From the NCBI GenBank assembly GCA_040954595.2, contig CM082591.2, positions 520,518 through 584,517 on the forward strand: 64,000 nucleotides of DNA. The letters are read 5' to 3'. Positions within the stretch are counted from its first letter, which is position 1. Every line of letters starts with the position of its first letter. The notes under the pieces are model-generated. The model searched no databases and was not told the DNA's origin. It saw nothing but the letters and a program-made list of their open reading frames with translations. This DNA comes from Balanoglossus misakiensis (taxonomy: Eukaryota; Animalia; Hemichordata). Position numbers and translations under genes: made by a program. Shown in pieces: positions 1 to 12,229 of this stretch.

Positions 1-245
1 ATTCATACCTTTTAAAAAATTTAACAGAAATTCATATGATCCATCGTCTTCACTAGTTTAATGTCCAATCACAAACTATGTTTGATTCTTATGTCTGTGA
101 GGTTGTTGGAATTCTTGTTTAAGTTTTAACTTTGAAGTCATGAAACTTAAACTGTGATTTTGGGGTGTACAAAGGCAAAAATAATGGAAGATGGATGGGG
201 AGGATATTTGCCACAGAGGAAGGTATCTGTCAAAAGGGATTTTAC

Positions 246-3200
246 CTGCCCTGTGGGTTTACACAAGATTGTAGTACACTCCGGTCCTGTCCCCCACTTG
301 TGTTGTTCTTTCCACAGAAAATCCGTGGGTGGATTGTGTTGTCCCATTCCAGCTGCAGCCCACACCTGTCAAATCCAAAATTAAAGTTTCAGGTTGTTGA
401 TCATCGATGCATTTAGCTGTTATTGAACTATTTTTAGAGAGCAAACATTAAAGAGGCATTTACCGTCACAGTTGATCCTGCCCGGAACCTTGTCCTTGGA
501 GGGAATCTGTATACAGCCACCGGATGGCCTCCGACGTTCTGTTGAATCATGTACCCTCCGAACTCCTCATCATGGTTGGCCGAGGAGTTGAACAAACGGA
601 CGAATTTGCCATCCCCATTTACTTCCAGAATCTTGATGGGTCCGGTTGAACTACAGGGGGAAAGAAACTTATCGTGAATCTCCTCAGTATTTCAAAACAG
701 TGTTATTTTATATTTGAAAAGTGTGTTCGATATATTTACAGAACTTTAATAATTACAGGTATGTTGTGAAATGCATGGTATTTGGATGAATCTGAGAGAA
801 GTTTGAATTCAGTTTTTAAAGAACAAATGTTCAGGCCTCTAGTTTTTCAAGGGTTATAATAGTTATTAAATCCTTGTGTCCACTGCAGTTATGTCTACTC
901 TGTGTTGAACAGGTTCATATCCATTATAGACCCTCACGTGTCATTATATTGCTCTCGGAACACCATGTTGTTTCTTGTTAACTTTTGAAGATTTCAAAAT
1001 AGAGCATAACCATAGGAACAGAAAAGGCACTTGATATTGTATATAGTGCAAAAAGAAGGTGCTTTATTGTGAGAATGACAATCATACAAATATGATCAAA
1101 TATCTTAATATATACATAAACAAACCAAATTTTTCTTAATATTTTATCAAAAATGCCTCACACATCTATATCACACTGTGGTGGAAAATATTTGCACTTA
1201 AAAATATCTAATAAAATAAAATTATGAGAGCTTTATATACACAGAAAAAACAACTAAATGTTTCATAACTGAAGGAACTGAATCTTTAATGAAAAAAATG
1301 CCTCACACTTTTGTATCAGATGCATGTACTGTGGTAGAAAATATTTGCACTTAAAATAATGTAAAAAATAAGTTTTGGGGGAAAGAGCGCTTGTAAATAT
1401 TGAAATTTATAGGTGTAAAGTAGAAAAAATTGTACATGTATGTGCAAATGACAGAACTATTTAAAGCTGTATGTTACGGTGAAAAACATGAATATCTTTT
1501 GTTCAACAAATGTTATAGTACTGTTTCAAAGACTAATGAAAAGAGGGACAGGAAAATTTCAGTTGCAAGTCTCTTCTGTATTAAATTTTGAATAAAAGTT
1601 TAGTGCTGATGTGATGAATCTTGAGAACAAAATTTCATAATATATATACAAAAATGCAAAAAGTACTGAGATCAGTGTTTCACAAGAATAGTTAACAAAA
1701 TTAAGGAAAAATGTCACTACAGTGAAATTTAGTACCATGTAAGGACTTTATGTGAGGTATCAGTCTACAAGCTTGTGTGAAAAAATATATATTTACAGAA
1801 ATATAAAAATATGTGCAATTTATACAGTAACAACACACAATGCAAAATGCATTAAAATTACATTATTGAAATTATGATCCTGTTTTATGTTTATGATCTG
1901 ATATAATTTTAAGGTGTAATGAAAATGATTCTGATCAGCTAATATGTGTCACATGATTATAAAATTTGTATAATTTCTGTTTGCCACAACTCTTTACTCC
2001 TATTTCTCTGTGGATAAGTTCAATCTGTACAATTTTAATAATGCAAGCAAATGAAACCATATCCCTTTAGGGTGTGGTAGGGTGGGATTGGAGGGTGAAA
2101 TGTTATGCGCAATATAGACAGCATGTGACTGAGCTTTACACTGCAAACTTTGCGGCTGGCAGAACACGTAGACGTCCACTTCGTGGTGGGTAAGACCATT
2201 TGGAAACGAGGGCAGACCTAAAGTGGGAAGGAGGAAAAGGATGGATATTAATCATCAGTGGTTCAGAATAGTATGATCCATTTTCCATATAAGGAAGGGG
2301 TCCGCAGATAAGGGTTAAAGGTCTGTGGCCAAGATTTTACAGTAATTTTTGTGCTTTATGGAAAGAAATTTTAATTCTTAATAGTATTTTTTATCATATT
2401 AATATTTATTTTCCAAAAATAAAGGGCTCATAAGTCATAAAAGAAAATTACTGTAATCATTAAAAATTTGCAAAAGACTATAATGAACAGCAATTATCAA
2501 AATGCAGATTAAAATTAAGGTTGTAATTATTAGAGTGGAAACAATAGCAAAGCAAAAAAAAAAACAGTAAGAAATTATTTTGTTTAAATTACATGTATGT
2601 GGTATAGAATTGGGGTTAGCAGGGAAATAGGAAATTGCCATGGCAATAGTTTGTGACTTTCTGAACCACTGAAAAATAATATAAATCCTTCGCCTCCATT
2701 CTATGGAGACAGACAACATTTGAAAAGTGATGTACAGTACACAATTTTTACAATAAACTATCCTACTATAACATACATACTAGGTATGATAAAATTATTG
2801 AAGTCTACAAGATAGAAGACAGTAGTAGGAGCTAAAGGGAGAAGAAAATGTACTGTTTGAAAAATTTTCAGTTGAAGTGTTTTATTTTATTTTTCAAATT
2901 AAGTGTTCAAAACAATGCACAGATACTCATGTCCTCAACCAACAACATGAAATTCACAAAGCAATGACATGAACAGCTGTTTATATGCAATGGGGAAAAT
3001 ATGTTAACAAATACAAATAAAATGGGAATATGCACCTTTGTATGACTAACCATGGTTGAAGCGAAGCAGGACTGAATTTTATTTTTGCAAGATTAGCAAA
3101 CGTGCAAATAATTTAAGTTTCATGATAATGTTATGCACACACTGGATTCGGCAATGGTTGTTTTGCAAGCGAATATTAAAAACCTTACACATCATGATTA

Positions 3201-5928
3201 TACATCTGTACTCTTTGCATGTAACTGCTCTTTTCCACTACATACCCTAGAACCCTTTTCACCAATATTGAGTGCTTGCTGTTGACTTGTATGTGAAGTA
3301 GATGAACCACACTAAAATTTGCTAACTTTTGTTGTTATCAAATAAGGTTTTATCCACAAGTTTGTCAGAGGTGGAGATGACATCAAATGTTTGACTACAG
3401 TTTCTGTTACTGCAGTCAGCATTTTGTTTTTAATTTAAAAACTGTGAAAAGTTAGCTGATTTTCATGGTCCAGTGATGAAGAAAAGAGTCTTACCTTGCA
3501 GTTGCTGTTGTGTAGTCATGGCTTGTTGCAGTAAACTTTGGAGGGCTGGACTTCGGGTGCAGTTTGGGGTAGAACAGTGTTTCCTTTTTCAGATCACCAA
3601 ACATGGAATCAAAGTAGTCTTTTCCTTGGCCCATGTTGGATGATGGTACCGGAACAGATGCTGGTCTCGGTGGGGCTGTATCAGGAACAGAGACAGGAAA
3701 TCAATGGAAACTTTTAATATTTATCTGAATCTATAAGAAATAAGAAACTTATAAGAAACTTATATATTTTGTACAGGAAGTGTCAAATCATACAATATTC
3801 TGTGTATTACCTCGGGATGTTATACTGGTGGACATTCCTGTTGTGTTGGAGAATTTTCCCATTGGGATGCTACTGGTCAGTCGGACACTGTTGTATGCCA
3901 TTGGTGGCGGTCTGGGCTGGGCGGTCAGCGATGTCGATAATCCGGTTGTGTTGATCGGTGGAACTGAGACCGCATGGCCGCTACTACCACGTGTCAGACT
4001 GCGAAGTCTGTGATAGAATTGAAATTATCAATCAATACACAAGATTCTATGATCAGGTAGACCTCGATCATCAAAGATGGTTCAAAGAATATTTAGATTA
4101 CTGGAAAAACTTACTTGTTCTCTTCATCTTCCACAAGCACTTTCAAAGACTCGATTTCGGCACGGATTGGAGGTTCCTTGCCACTTCCAAGTTCTTGAAG
4201 TTTGTAAATCAAAGTGTCTTGTACCTCTTTCAGTTTCTCCTCCAGTGCACGTATGTGAATCGATGATTTTTGACGTTCATGGTCTAAGTTCTCCATCAAG
4301 TTGGTGTTGTTCTGTTCTAGAGTTCTTGCCTGGAGTGGAAATTTGGAGCAGGTTAAAGGAATATACAATTGAAATCCAAACAAGTCGTCTTCTTGTAAGA
4401 AAATTACATTGGTGAAGTAAGTTATGCCTTCTAAACCAGAATAACTAGTCATTTGACAAACCTTGTTCTGGAGGGCATTGATTTCTCTGGTGTAGTCTTC
4501 AGCATCACCGCAAAGTCTCTTGTTTTCATCGGCCAATCGGGCGATGTTTGCCGCGTCTTGATCCATCTGTACACGCAGCTCATGTAACTGCACAGAGAAT
4601 CAAAAAGATAAAAAAATCAGCTTTTTTGAGTCACAACAGTTTGTGTCAAAATGTTGCTGATGTGTTGTTTGGTGCCCTTCTACCAACTTGCTCACACTCT
4701 GCAAAACTAATAAAGCGTATAAAATCTTACATTCTTGGCGTATTGCTCCTCTGATTCTTCTCTGTATTTCTTCAATTCGGCCGCTGCTGCATCGCGCACT
4801 CTGGCCAGCAACTCGTGAAGCGTATTATCGGCCTGTGAGAGATCGCGAATTCTACCCTCTAGCTGCAAGATTTGTCTGCCTTTGTCTTCAAGTCGACTCC
4901 TCATTTCTGCAAGTTCCTGATGATCACAAGAGAACAGAAAATACCATGAGATATTTAACTTTTAACATCAACTAAACAATAACAAACAGTCAAAAGAGAA
5001 AGGCAAAATTGAAACAGTTATAGATTAGAACAATCTGATACATGACTGTCGACTTTAACACACCTCTGCATATACTTGATTCTGGAAATCAAATTTCTTT
5101 TGAAGATTAGCAAAACTGTCCTGAGCTTCTCCCCTGGCTATTTGTTCTTTCTCCAGTCGTCGGCTGACGTCTTCGTAGTCGTGTAAGAGACCGTCGTATT
5201 CCTTCTGTAAATTGATGAGCTTGTTGGCAAGGTCTTCATTCTCAGCTCGGAGTCGGTTATTCTCCAAGTCTTTTTTGGCAACAATTTGTTGGAGGTTGGC
5301 TAACTCATCTTGAAGTCCACGGCTACGCTGTTGCTCTACTGAATATCTGGAATAGTCATGATTTAAAAAGAAGTTTTTGACATCTTTACTCATAAATTCA
5401 CAAAATTTCAACTTGTGATACAAGCCACCAAACACCAAACTAGCAGTTAAAACAAGACTCCTACTTACTTGTCTTGTAGTTCTGTGGCTAATGCACCATT
5501 TTTGTGTGCTAGAATTTCAAACTTTTGTCTCTCAGGTCCGAGAACTTCTAATTCCCTGCGAAGTTTTTCGAGTTCCCTCTCATAAAGTCCTTTGATGACA
5601 CCAACTTCGTCTTCAAGATTTTTGATGGCATTAAGAAGGGATGTGGAGTCAATCTGTTGAAAGGAGTAAGACACATTAAAATGAACTGGCAGAAAAGCAA
5701 ATTTTCATCTTTTTAGTATTTGCACGTATACAAGTATACATGTGTATATATAAGATTGTCAGAACAATATTAATTTTCATTAAAATATTTTATATTTACC
5801 TGATTTGCCTCTTCTCTAGTTTTGCGAACTTTTGCGATATAATCAGTGAATCTATCATTGAGGTACTGAAGTTCAGCCTTTTCTTGTTGCCGTGTCAACG
5901 GAGCAGGGGGATAAACAAAGCTGCTCAT
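246..5928 (-). CDS. LMNTD1: Lamin-tail-domain protein (LMNTD1/IFLTD1-like) with full intermediate-filament rod; 3' end lies beyond the left edge of the window
   Basis: Phase-consistent GT-AG exons: 5928-5800, 5653-5469, 5346-5064, 4916-4731, 4587-4462, 4329-4115, 4007-3811, 3675-3495, (2217-2140 optional), 650-464, 365-246. The N-terminus has the IF coil-1A motif [20 protein letters not shown] and the rod ends in [15 protein letters not shown]. The LTD reads [21 protein letters not shown]...[16 protein letters not shown]...STVTVWAAAG...[29 protein letters not shown], closely matching vertebrate LMNTD1 as I recall it. Confidence 0.85.
1150..1356. repeat. Degenerate intronic direct repeat (two 55-60 bp copies)
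   Basis: aaaaatgcctcacac...ctgtggt(g/a)gaaaatatttgcacttaaaa occurs at about 1150-1203 and 1294-1356. Confidence 0.7.
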
Positions 5929-6347
5929 TTTGGATCACTGGGAAGAAAAACACAATATAAAACAAATTTTATTTTTGGGACAGTGACACAATACATGTTT
6001 ACAATTACATTGTTGGAAGGAACCAAGCAACTATTCTCTTGGCGGTACATTCTGATCAAACGTGATCTTTATCATGGTGACAACAATGTGCCTCTGTTTC
6101 TGCATGGATAATTTCTAATCAGGGTGCTCTTTGCTCTGTGTTAACTGCATTCTTATAATCTAGAGATTCATCAATATGGTCTTGTTTTTTAAATACCGGA
6201 TTGGATTACATATTGACACAAGATAACTGCCTGACAACTGATATCAGTAAGATTACAGGACTAGTCTGATAATGTCCTTTTGGGTGATCTGCATTCAATG
6301 GAGCAATAAGCAGAGAACACGGCACTTGTTTTCTGCCAACTGTTACA

Positions 6348-6388
6348 TTAACCCTCTCACCCCCAGTTCCCTCTTTGAAGGACCAATC
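6348..6388 (+). mobile_element. Truncated copy of the TTAA-flanked MITE (left end only)
   Basis: ttaaccctctcacccccagttccctctttgaaggaccaa matches the left part of the 16716 copy; no right TIR seen. Confidence 0.65.
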
Positions 6389-6966
6389 ATCCCCACTTTC
6401 TCGTTGAAAGGTCCAACTCGTCATTGACAACAAATGTCTTACCCCAAGTAGCCACTGTAAAACACGTAAACCAGCGACCAACTTAACCTTTAACCTATCA
6501 GTGCCACAATTTTTGCATCACACCTACGTACGACAAAAGTCCTCAGACAAAGGACATCTGAAGGCCATTAAAAGTCAGTGCTCGACAACTAACAGGTCAC
6601 CTGACCACACCCCTTAGCAACCAATGCTGTCATGAAAGACAGCATTTTTTTCAGCGCTGCATTTAGTCGCCTAAGGAATTATTATCTTGTTGATGTGAGT
6701 AGACCTTACAAGATTAGCAAGGCCACACCCACAGAACAATAACTTTTGTACCACTGGGGACCTTGATTTCAACAACACGGCAGACATATTGAATTCTACT
6801 TTGCAATTGGTTTCACTGCAAAATTTTACAGAAATATTTCATAAATTCACAATTTTTTGACAAGACACAGTAATCAGACGTGCCACTGTCAAAACAATTA
6901 TTAAATTTAAAGAGACAAAGGCTTCCATTTAACATTATTTGTGTCATGGTACAGTTGGCAGTGTCC

Positions 6967-7087
6967 AGGTTGTCACTTCAGGGTTAGCAAATATAGCATC
7001 TCTTTGTCACTTCTCATTAGCGTGTAAGGTTGTCACTTCAGGGTTAGCAAATATAGCATCTCTTTGTCACTTCTCATTAGCGTGTAA
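6967..7087. repeat. Perfect tandem duplication, 2 x 60 bp
   Basis: aggttgtcacttcagggttagcaaatatagcatctctttgtcacttctcattagcgtgta is repeated exactly with a period of 60. Confidence 0.95.
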
Positions 7088-9397
7088 ATACAAGAAAAAT
7101 AGCCTAAGCTACATGTAACCTACTGTGCTAGGGATGTGGCCTATGCTTAAAATTATGGGGACACAAATCCTTGAATACATGGAGAGGATCATATAAATTA
7201 ATGGCCAAGTTAAACACATGGTGGTACTTAAATACATTTCATGCTCATCACCATGACAACAATGTAGATAATATTAAATGTCTATACACATCCTGAGCCA
7301 TCATACTGAACATATGGAGACCTAGTTTGCAAAGCAAAGTGATATGATCACCTAGAAATAAATGAAGGTTTTTCTTCATAAATTTGACAGAATCTAGTTC
7401 TCAACCCCACATTTTACAACTGATCCTCAAACATTTTCAAAACAAAGTCTGAGGGAACTATATTGGATGTAATTGTCTAGGTTCATTAGCCAGACAACAA
7501 TCATTAGGAAAAGAGAATAATGACATTGTAAATATTATTTCAACAATCTTCAGGTGGAAGGAAATCAAACACTTGACTGTTGCCATCGCACTACTTCAAA
7601 ACTGTGACAGTTGGAGTATCCACCCCTCATGTTACGGTGTCTGTCTCTACTTAAATGTACTTTTTCAGGTCAAGTTTTCCACTTACACGATAAAATTTTC
7701 TAATTAAAATTAAGAACAGAACAGACACATGAATTGGAACAATGAACAACTGTCTACTACTGCGTCACATGACTAAAGATGACCAGCGGCATGATCTTTG
7801 AGTGTGGGTTATCACTATGGCAACCACAGTAAACAAGCACTCACAGATAGTGAGGTAATTTGATTATGATAGCATTAGCAGGGGTGAACCAATCTTTTAG
7901 CCAAAATATAGATCACTCACCCAGACTCAGTTTCAACTAGGTCACCAGTTCAGTGTCAGTGTTCAAGCCCAAATCTGTTGGGCTAGTCAAAGATAAAGAA
8001 ATTTGGTCTGGTCATAAAAACTACTAGCCCATGGCCTCAGACCTTTTTTTCACCCTTGGCTAGGTTGCAGAAGTCACTGACATTTAAAGAAATAGTTCCC
8101 TCACTGGGAGATGATGTACAATGCTTTTATTCTGCTAAATAATTAAAATAGGCTGTATTATTTGTTGCTGAAGATAATTGCCCTGCAGGGGCTCGGGGAA
8201 AAATAAAAAGAATTTTTGCAAGTATAAAACACTCACAGGTGGTTATAGAGACACACAGGTAGCCCTGTTGCTTAGTGAATTCTCAATTCAGTTTGTTGAC
8301 AGTAAGCTTATCATGCATGCTTCTGAGTGAGTTACACTGTTGGATATTAAACTCCAAAGTTTCAGACTTGAGTCTGGTGTACACCCTGTCTGGCCAGATC
8401 AACTGATTGTATAAAATCTGAGCATGTTTCATCTTTTGTTAGAAGTGTCGTGGGGTGAGTGTTTAAAGTCTGAAATGACAAGACCAATATGAAGTTAACA
8501 GGTGGTCAGGAGAATTGTCCTCTTCTATGGATCATTGAAATTGGACAATGCTTCACAGTGGTTGCAACACACTTTGAGAGAAATTCACACAGCTTGGGTT
8601 TCCCTTCAGCTTTCTCACAAGGGAGTATAATCTATAAAAAAAACTAGACCTAAAAAAGATTATTTCTGATGACAAGTTAAACTGCAGATGAATTGCTCTC
8701 TATGAAATTCTTAATTCAAAAGAAATGCACTTGTCACATAATCTTAGACAAAATTGATTCAGTGTTTGAAAAGACCAGGAGAAGCTAATAAGTGAGTCAT
8801 TGTGCCGTGCCTTTTCCGAGATCAATTCCCGGAATTAGAACATCCTGGAAATCACATCAAACATTTATTCTATCAATATTAAAAAAACAGTCCAGCATGA
8901 AATGAAAAACTTCAAAGGAAGACTTAACGTCTCTGGCCAGTGTTTCATTTATCACAGGAAATTTAGTCTCGAAAATGGACGTTCTATTATACTTGTGCAG
9001 AAATCGGTCATTTGCGTCGATGTTTGATTATACACTGAAACAAACACATTTTGCGGGCGTTTCTGGGACCGCTTTATTTTCTGACACTTTTTTCGATGTT
9101 TTTTTTTCTCGATAAAAATTACCAAAAGCTATATATGTTAACTCCAATAGACAGATGTGCTGGACTGATAACATCTTTGGAGAAGAAAACTCCAAGAAGC
9201 ATCAGCTATGATAACAAAACTGGGTAATAAATTAACAGATCTGTTAGAAGCTCTGAACCCCAAAACTAGTTCAAGCCTTGAATGATGGCCTTGGATTTTG
9301 TTTTGTCTGGTGACCAGGAGTGCATGAACTGGAAAACTGTCAACAAAGGTGATGCAGAACACATGTGCAAATTCATAAACCTGCAGAATGATGAAAT

Positions 9398-9489
9398 TTA
9401 ACCCTTTCAACACCATGGTTCAGTCCAAAACTATTGTTTCATATGGTAAAGTTGGACTTCAAAGAGGAAAATGGGGGTGAAAGGGTTAA
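9398..9489 (-). mobile_element. Roughly 90-bp MITE, piggyBac-like ends
   Basis: TTAA-CCCTTTCA...TGAAAGGG-TTAA; the interior is the reverse complement of the 16716 and 30892 copies. Confidence 0.8.
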
Positions 9490-10358
9490 TAACCAAGCTG
9501 GTAGATGAAAAACATTCCCAGCAATGGGGCATGTGTGTGACAGTCTAGTCTTGCTAGTGGGTTGTCTATCTCTATAACAACCAGATTTACAGCAAAGATC
9601 AAAGGATGACAAGACCATGATTAGATTACACTTATTTGTATATTTACTGTTCTGATTCAAATCAGCAACTTGACTGACCACAAACTTCTGTCACTATTTA
9701 CAGTAGCTCTGAGTTTTCATTGTCTTTAGCAGTGAAGCATTAATTAAAAGTCTGTCTTGTTTTGGTTCTCTTTATTTTAGGAACTCATTTAGAACAATTA
9801 TATTGTTGGTAATTAAATTGTCTGTTGCTGTCTCCAAGCCAGTCCTATTTAAGGATCATCTTATTGTCCGGCAAAGTGGACTAACAATGCAACAAAGTGG
9901 TTGACAACAATACTACTTTACAGATTTGTCTTTTGACTAATTTTGGTTTTATTCTTGACTTTGTGACTTTCTTGGCCAGCTTGTGGGACTGTGAAAACAC
10001 TATTTTGAGTCTGCAGTCACTTTTTCGAATGTTACAAGTGATCTTGGAGACCCAAATACTCAAATAATGAGACAAACAGAACTGCAGCTCAAAGTCCAGT
10101 TGGAACAAAATTAATCACACTTTTCAAGCCATTTGTGTAACTTCAGGTATTCCTTGCATGTAAATATTAAAACCAAACAGTTGATAAATAGCACAAAGTC
10201 TGGGAATTTCATTATCATAATAGTTTGTGTAATCTAAACATTGCAGGCATTTCGTCGAATTTTTCCTGTTGTAACTTTTGATGACATTGGACACCTTGTA
10301 CACACTATAAAGTGTTGTCACGTCTGCGCGTCTACAGATCACCTGAGCGAAAACATAC

Positions 10359-10610
10359 CTGTATACGCTCGACTTGTTCAAGCAAAGAAACTTAAAATCC
10401 TGTTCTCCCAGACAGATCTCCTCTCGAAGGGGGCTACAGACCTCCTTGGGGCTCTCTGGCAACTTTGGAGCGAGATAATCTTTCCTTCGATCCCGCAAAG
10501 TCGGTATCCCAGGCCGGCGCGTCTCTGTTGTTTAGTGTTACTAGGCACGGATAGTGGAAACCAACAAGGGGGCGTGGCCTCCGTAGTAACTGACAGGACC
10601 CGGAAGTGTA
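10359..10610 (-). promoter_or_regulatory. Putative non-coding first exon and core promoter of the LMNTD1-like gene
   Basis: CpG-enriched segment with a minus-strand donor CAG|GTATG at 10359, a GC/KLF box GGGGCGTGGC (10569-10578), an X-box-like GCCTCCGTAGTAAC (10577-10590) and an ETS site CCGGAAGTG (10600-10608). Assignment to this gene is inference. Confidence 0.45.
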
Positions 10611-11429
10611 TACGTTGATCAAGGCGACGACAGCTGAGTATTACTACAAAACAGAAGGCGCGAAGTATATAAAGATGCCCGTAGCCATTCTGTGAATCTG
10701 GGACAAGAATACTTCCTCTACATACCTTCGATCTTGAGTAAATTAAGACAATTAACCGATGCAACTTGTTGTAAACGGATGATGGAAATCGACGACTCGT
10801 ATCCGACCCGAGCTGATTCTGCAGTCTATATGAATAATTCCGTGACAGAATTTAGTGGAAGTATTAGTAATGAACCATACTCACATTGTCATCAGGTAAT
10901 TGATTCTTCTACGACCCACTTTTCCATAGAAACGATGCCGCGAATCCACGATCACCCCGTTGCGATGGTAAAATCTGCCCCGCCCACTTTCTGGGGAAGG
11001 TCAGCGCGCCACCAAGTGTCACCTAGAAGCTGTTCTTTCGGTCAAAACTATTACAAAAAGTAGTGGTGTAAACGACTACATCAGGTTGATGTAGTTCAAA
11101 TATTTTATGTCATAAAATTGGTTTTATCTTATTAATTTATTCCTAATAATCTTAAACAGTCAAAAATCTACTTACATCTACCTACATTTTCGGCTTTTAT
11201 CGGTTAATTTGTGAATTAGAATTTTGATGTTTGCATGCTCTGACCCCCTTTGTATGATTGGTTTCACCCTGAGATTAGTCATAAACATTCTCCGTGGGAA
11301 GGGCTTTCCCAAATCTGATTTCCTGATGTGTCTTCTATGAAAAAGGACTGGGCGTTGACGATACTGGACAATTTCTGGACTGATTTACAATCTATTTGAT
11401 GAGTAAGCTCCTATCGAATATTTTTTGGG

Positions 11430-11836
11430 TGAAAATCGCGATTGTGTGACTGCCACATCACTGGCACGATCATCGACCCGGACTAGCAGACGATAATATT
11501 GTTTGTTTACATTTTTTGATAGGTTGAACACTTGGTCGCACACAGCGATCGCCAGTTATTTTACAGACTGCTGTGTACCACGTCTACATTTTTGAGAAAC
11601 AGTCGGATAAGTCATCGTTATTAGACGGAGAAAGTGGAAAATTAAGAGAAGACTGAAGCGATACACTCGAATTTCCATATTGTATCCATCTCATGCGGAG
11701 AAGGGGGAGGGTACATTGATTTTGGTTGGCACTATAGACGTTTGTGAAATCGGACATTTTACAGTTTGTTGGCGAACCTATAAGCAGCTAATCATCCTTG
11801 GGGCATAAAACTTACAATATTCTGATCTAGGTAAGT
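11430..11836 (+). other. Putative non-coding first exon of RASSF7/8
   Basis: CpG-enriched stretch ending in a consensus donor TAG|GTAAGT at 11830/11831. A candidate acceptor (TTACAG|G, 20903/20904) lies upstream of the RASSF ATG. The left boundary is approximate. Confidence 0.4.
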
Positions 11837-12183
11837 AATTAAACCAGTAGACTTGTCTGTAGTCAAGTGTTATATCGTCTGTAAGACTATTATCTTGACT
11901 ACAGAACTTCTACTGGGAAGCTGGGTTCATTTTTCATGGAACTTGACTGAAACGTACAAGACCATCCCAGTTTTTACTTCCCGTTACATGCGATGTTCCG
12001 CTCCACCGCAAATTCATCCGCTTTGAGTCATTGCGGCTTGAGTTAAACACAAATCACAACATCCATGGAGCGTGAAGCTATTGTGGGCCAAACAAATGGT
12101 TCTTTTGATGTGAATACGTAATAGAACGATACAACAACCTTCAGAAGTTGCCAAAATTATACAATGTACAATAGCCTATTAAT

Positions 12184-12229
12184 AGAGAGGGGGAGGGAGG
12201 GAGGGAGAGAGAGAGAGAGAGACTGAGAG
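12184..12229. repeat. (GGGA)n/(GA)n microsatellite
   Basis: Direct reading: agagaggggagggagggagggagagagagagagagagactgagaga. Confidence 0.9.

Noticed and set aside
10124-11063. Cluster of 120-128 aa ORFs on both strands
   Set aside because: No recognisable domain, mostly non-ATG starts; better explained by a GC-richer promoter or first-exon region.
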